A stretch of 64,000 nt of DNA. Source: Okamejei kenojei (Eukaryota). Position 1 is the stretch's first letter. Every line of letters starts with the position of its first letter. Shown here piece by piece: positions 59,732 through 64,000 of the stretch. The notes below the pieces were generated by a model. That model worked only from the letters and a program-made list of their open reading frames with translations. It did not search any database and was not told the origin of the DNA. The stretch is from assembly GCA_035221665.1 (NCBI GenBank), contig CM069146.1, forward strand, positions 52,948,001-53,012,000. Direction: 5' to 3'. Both the position numbers and the translations under genes were made by a program.

Positions 59732-60247
59732 AGTCTGCGTGACAAAGGAAACCATAGTGCAAATGGACTTGCTTTAAAAAGAAAAATAAGCAAATTTTAA
59801 TTACCAAGATTAATATTTTATTGTTAGAAGTAAATATTCTAATTATTGATAAATGTAAGCTGGGTAGAGAGATGCAATGAGACAGAGCGCAAAGTAAAAG
59901 TGAGAATAATTGGCAGAACAATTTTCTTTCTCATTTGATTTCTTTACTAAGAGTGAATGAATTAATTTTAAAATCAAGCAAAGCTACTATTTATCACCAG
60001 ATTGTCACCTGTATTTAGCCATTATAATTATTGCCATCTGAGAGACAAGGAGAAACACAGAGAGGCACATTGACAAAAATAGAATTTGCATTAACATAAA
60101 AACTCTTCCAAGAACCACAAGTGCCAAATGTAATCATTGTAGATATTTTTAAGATATGTGTCAGAATTTAAGAACACCTATCTCCACACTTTCTCAATTT
60201 CTTGTCCTAGATACTGGGAATTCACTGGAACTAAACCTCACGATTTG

Positions 60248-60872
60248 GGCGGCAGAGTTGCACAACTCTGGAGTTGCTGCCTCACAGGGCCAGAGACCCT
60301 GGCTCGATCCTGACCACAGAGTTTGTACATTCTCCCTATCGCACTGATTTTCTCTGGGTGATCCGATTTCAATAGATAATAGGTGCAGGAGTAGGCCATT
60401 TGGCCCTTCAAGCCAGCACCGCCATTCAATGTGATCGTGGCTGATCTTCCCCAATCAGTACCCCGTTCCTGCCTTCTCCCCATATCCCCTGACTCCGCTA
60501 TTTTTAAGAGCCCTATCTAGCTCTCTCTTGAAAGCATCCAGAGAACTTGCCTCCACTGCCCTCTGAGGCAGAGAATTCCACACTCACCACTCTCTGTGAG
60601 AAAAAGTGTTTCCTTTTCTCTGTTCTAAATGGCTTACTCCTTATTTTTAAACTGTGGCCCCTGGTTCTGGACTCCCCCAACATCGGGAACATGTTTCCTG
60701 CCTCTAGCGTGTCCAAGCCCTTAACAATCTTCCTCCCACACCCCAAAGACCTGCAGGTTTATAGGTTCATTGGCTTCTGTAAATTGTCCCTAGTGTGTAG
60801 ATAGTGTGTACAGGTTAGCGTGTATTTGGTGGCCTGAAGGGCATGTTTCCATGTTGAATCTCTAAACTAAAC
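60248..60872. mobile_element. Plus-strand V-SINE split by a minus-strand CR1 3' fragment (about 60370-60731)
   Basis: SINE head 60248-60365 resumes at TTCCTCCCACACCCCAAAGAC (about 60730). Confidence 0.75.
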
Positions 60873-60883
60873 CAGATACTTAG

Positions 60884-62998
60884 CATAGAATCATAGACAA
60901 TAGGTGCAGGAGTAGGCCATTCAGCCCTTCGAGCCTGCACCGCCATTCAATATTATCATGGCTGATCATCCAACTCTGTTGGATCCTTTACCTGCCTTCT
61001 CTCCATACCCCCTGATCCCTTTAGCCACAAGGGCCACATCTAACTCCCTCTTAAATATAGCCAATGAACTGGCCTCAACTACCTTCTGTGGCAGAGAATT
61101 CCACAGATTCACCACTCTCTGTTTAAAAAATGATTTTCTCATCTCGGTCCTAAAAGACATCCCCCTTATCCTTAAACTGTGACCCCTTGTTCTGGAGTTC
61201 TCCAACATCGGGAACAATCTTCCTGCATCTAGCCTGTCCAACCCCTTAAGAATTTTGTAAGTATCTAAAAGATCCCCCAGGAATCAGTATGGTGAACCTT
61301 CTCTGTACTCCCTCTATGGCAAGAATGTCTTTCCTCAGATTAGGAGACCAAAACTGTACGCAATACTCCAGATGTGGCCTCACCAAGACCCTGTACAACT
61401 GCAGTAGAACCTCCCTGCTCTTGTACACAAATCCTTTTGCAATGAATGCTAACATACCATTCGCTTTCTTCACAGACTGCTGCACCTGCATGCCTACTTT
61501 CAATGACTGGTGTACCATGACACCTACGTCTCGTTGCATCTCCCCTTTTCCTAATCGGCCACCGTTCAGATAATAGTCTACCCTCCTGTTTTTGCCACCA
61601 AAGTGGATAACCTCACATTTACCCACATTATACAGCATCTGCCATGCATTTGCCCACTCACCCAACCTATCCAAGTCACCTTGCAGTCTCCTAGCATCCT
61701 CCTCACAGCTAACACTGCCCCCCAGCTTAGTGTCATCTGCAAACTTGGAGATATTGCATTCAAATCCCTCATCCAGATCATTAATATATATTGTAAATAG
61801 CTGGGGTCCCAGCACTGAGCCTTGCGGTACCCCACTAGTCACTGCCTGCCATTCTGAAAAGGACCCGTTTACTCCTACTCTTTGCTTCCTGTCTGCCAGC
61901 CAGTTCTCTATCCACATCAATACTGAATCCCCAATACCATGTGCTTTAAGTTTGTATACTAATCTCTTATGTGGGACCTTGTCAAAAGCCTTCTGAAAGT
62001 CCAGATATAACACATCCACAGGTTCTCCCTTATCTACTCTACGAGACTTCCTCGAAAAATTCTATAAGATTCGTCAGACATGATTTACCTTTCATAAATC
62101 CATGCTGACTTTGTCCAATGATTTCACCACTTTCCAAATGTGCTGCTATCCCATCTTTAATAACTGACTCTAGCATTTTCCCCACTACCGATGTTAGACT
62201 AACTGGTCTGTAATTCCCCGTTTTCTCTCTCCCTCCCTTTTTAAAAAGTGGGGTTATATTAGCTACCCTCCAATCCTCAGGAACTACTCCAGAATCTAAA
62301 GAGTTTTGAAAAATTATCACTAATGCATCCACTATTTCTGGGGCTACTTCCTTAAGTACTCTGGGATGCAGCCTGTCTGGCCCTGGGGACTTATCGGCCT
62401 TTAATCCATTCAATTTACCTAACACCACTTCCCGGCTAACCTGGATTTCACTCAGTTCTTCATTTGACCCCCGGTCCCCTGCTATTTCCGGCAGATTATT
62501 TATGTCTTCCTTAGTGAAGACAGAACCAAACTAGTTATTTAATTGGTTTGCTATGTCCTTGTTCCCCATGATCAATTCACCAGTTTCTGACTGCAAGGGA
62601 CCTACATTTGTTTTAACTAACCTTTTTCTCCTCGCATATTTATAAAAACCTTTGCAGTCCATTTTTATGTTCCCTGCCAGTTTTCTTTCATACTCTATTT
62701 TCCCTTTCCTAATTAAGCACTTTGTCCTCCTCTGCTGGACTCTGAATTTTGCCCAGTCCTCTGGTAGGCTGCTTTGTCTGGCTAATTTGTATGCTTCATC
62801 TTTAGTTTTGATACTAACCCCGATTTCCCTTGCTATCCATGGATGCACTACCTTCCCTGATTTATTCTTTTGCCAAACTGGGATGAACAATTGTTGTAGT
62901 TCATCCATGCATCTTTAAATGCCTTCCATTGCATATCCACCGTCAACCCTTTAAGAATCACTTGCCAGTCTATCTTGGCCAATTCACATCTCATACCC
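60884..62998 (-). mobile_element. Decayed CR1 LINE ORF2 (RT region), 5'-truncated
   Basis: ORFs 62531..62908, 62039..62428 (KSPGPD, NYRPVSLTS), 61246..62019 (FADDTK) and 60966..61241 in successive frames; tail CATAGAATCATAGACAATAGGTGCAGG. Confidence 0.92.
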
Positions 62999-63065
62999 TG
63001 TCATCTGTCATACCTGCTAAAATCTTTGACTCCGAATGTCTCTGGTCCTAGAGTCATTGACGAAT

Positions 63066-63360
63066 AGAGTCATACTGTGTGGAAACAGGCCCTTCGGCCC
63101 ATCTTGCTCATACCGACCAAGATGCCCCACCTATACTAGTCCCATCTGCCCGTATTTGGCCCATACACCTCTAAACCTTTCCTATCCATGTACCTGTCCA
63201 AGTGTCTTTTAAATACTGTACCTGCCTCAACTACCTCCACTGGCAACTCATTCAACATACCCACCACCCTCTGTGCGAAGAAATTACCCCTCGAGTTCGT
63301 ATTAAATCTTTCCTCTCTTACCTTAAACCTCTGTCCTACGGTTCTTAATTCCCCTACTCT
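63066..63360 (-). mobile_element. CR1 3' fragment
   Basis: ORF 63136..63402 (-) RGNFFAQRVVGMLNELPVEVVEAG...GRWD plus 3' UTR. Confidence 0.8.
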
Positions 63361-64000
63361 TCGGGTATCGAGAAAAGTTAAAAATCCAATCAAAATAATC
63401 AAATATCAATACCGGTACATCAATAATAAAAATGAAAGCATCAAAACATTTATATAAACCAAATTAATTAAAATGAAGTGTATATTCCCAGTCATGCATA
63501 GCTGTTCCTTTCTCTTGAAACAAAGGGACTTCTGAAAAGAGGTCCTGACCCAAAACGCCACCTAAAGAGTTTTTCTTAGATTTCATGCTCACAAAAATAA
63601 ATAGAAAATATGAAAACACAATAAGACAAAGGCCATAATTCCTATGAGGTCCATTTATTTGGTCGATGCAAAGAGGTGCAGATGCTGGAATATTGGAGTC
63701 TGAAGAAAGGTCCCGAGCCGACATGTTGTCTGTCCATTTCCTCCACAGATGCTGCCTGATCCTTTGAGTTCCGCAAACTTACTATTTGGCTCCATTTATT
63801 TTATCGTTGGCTGAAAATGTACACTTTTGGACTGCATGTGGCTTCCAAATTCTCGACCCATAATAACTTCCACAAAAAACAAACAACTGTAAAAAAAAAA
63901 GGCCTGTTATTGAGAGAGTTCTTTGTTTCCTGGATTCATTGCAAAACAGCAGAGACACTTCAGATTTATATCGGTGAATAATCATCGAAAATGGAAACAC

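Noticed and set aside
44852-61996. Plus-strand ORFs overlapping CR1 copies (e.g. 44852..45226, 46924..47211, 61592..61996)
   Set aside because: Antisense shadows of CR1 ORF2.

Overview
Eukaryotic, repeat-rich vertebrate DNA. The retroelement repertoire (V-domain tRNA SINEs with CR1-type tails, abundant CR1 and Rex/Babar LINE pieces) points to a cartilaginous fish, probably a skate or ray (inference). The only host gene I can see is the 3' end of CADPS (CAPS1) on the + strand: four phase-0 coding exons (800-832, 9536-9643, 42328-42432, 47933-48112 with TAG stop) followed by an AU-rich 3' UTR. Much of the remainder is transposable-element debris: CR1 LINEs (one with an uninterrupted RT frame), V-SINEs, Rex/Babar tails, five PIF/Harbinger-type MITEs with TWA-type TSDs, and a rearranged Gypsy LTR-PBS-pol remnant. 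The most striking signal is a family of about 20 short Penelope-like fold-back elements with 10-14 bp TSDs, arms that carry matching private substitutions, and a minimal hammerhead-ribozyme core (CTGAAGA-stem II-GAAAC-GTC) near the fold centre. Several TE-poor, motif-dense intronic blocks look like conserved enhancers, possibly for the neighbouring FEZF2 gene. There are three assembly gaps. Repeat boundaries were read by eye and are approximate unless a TSD or TIR is quoted.
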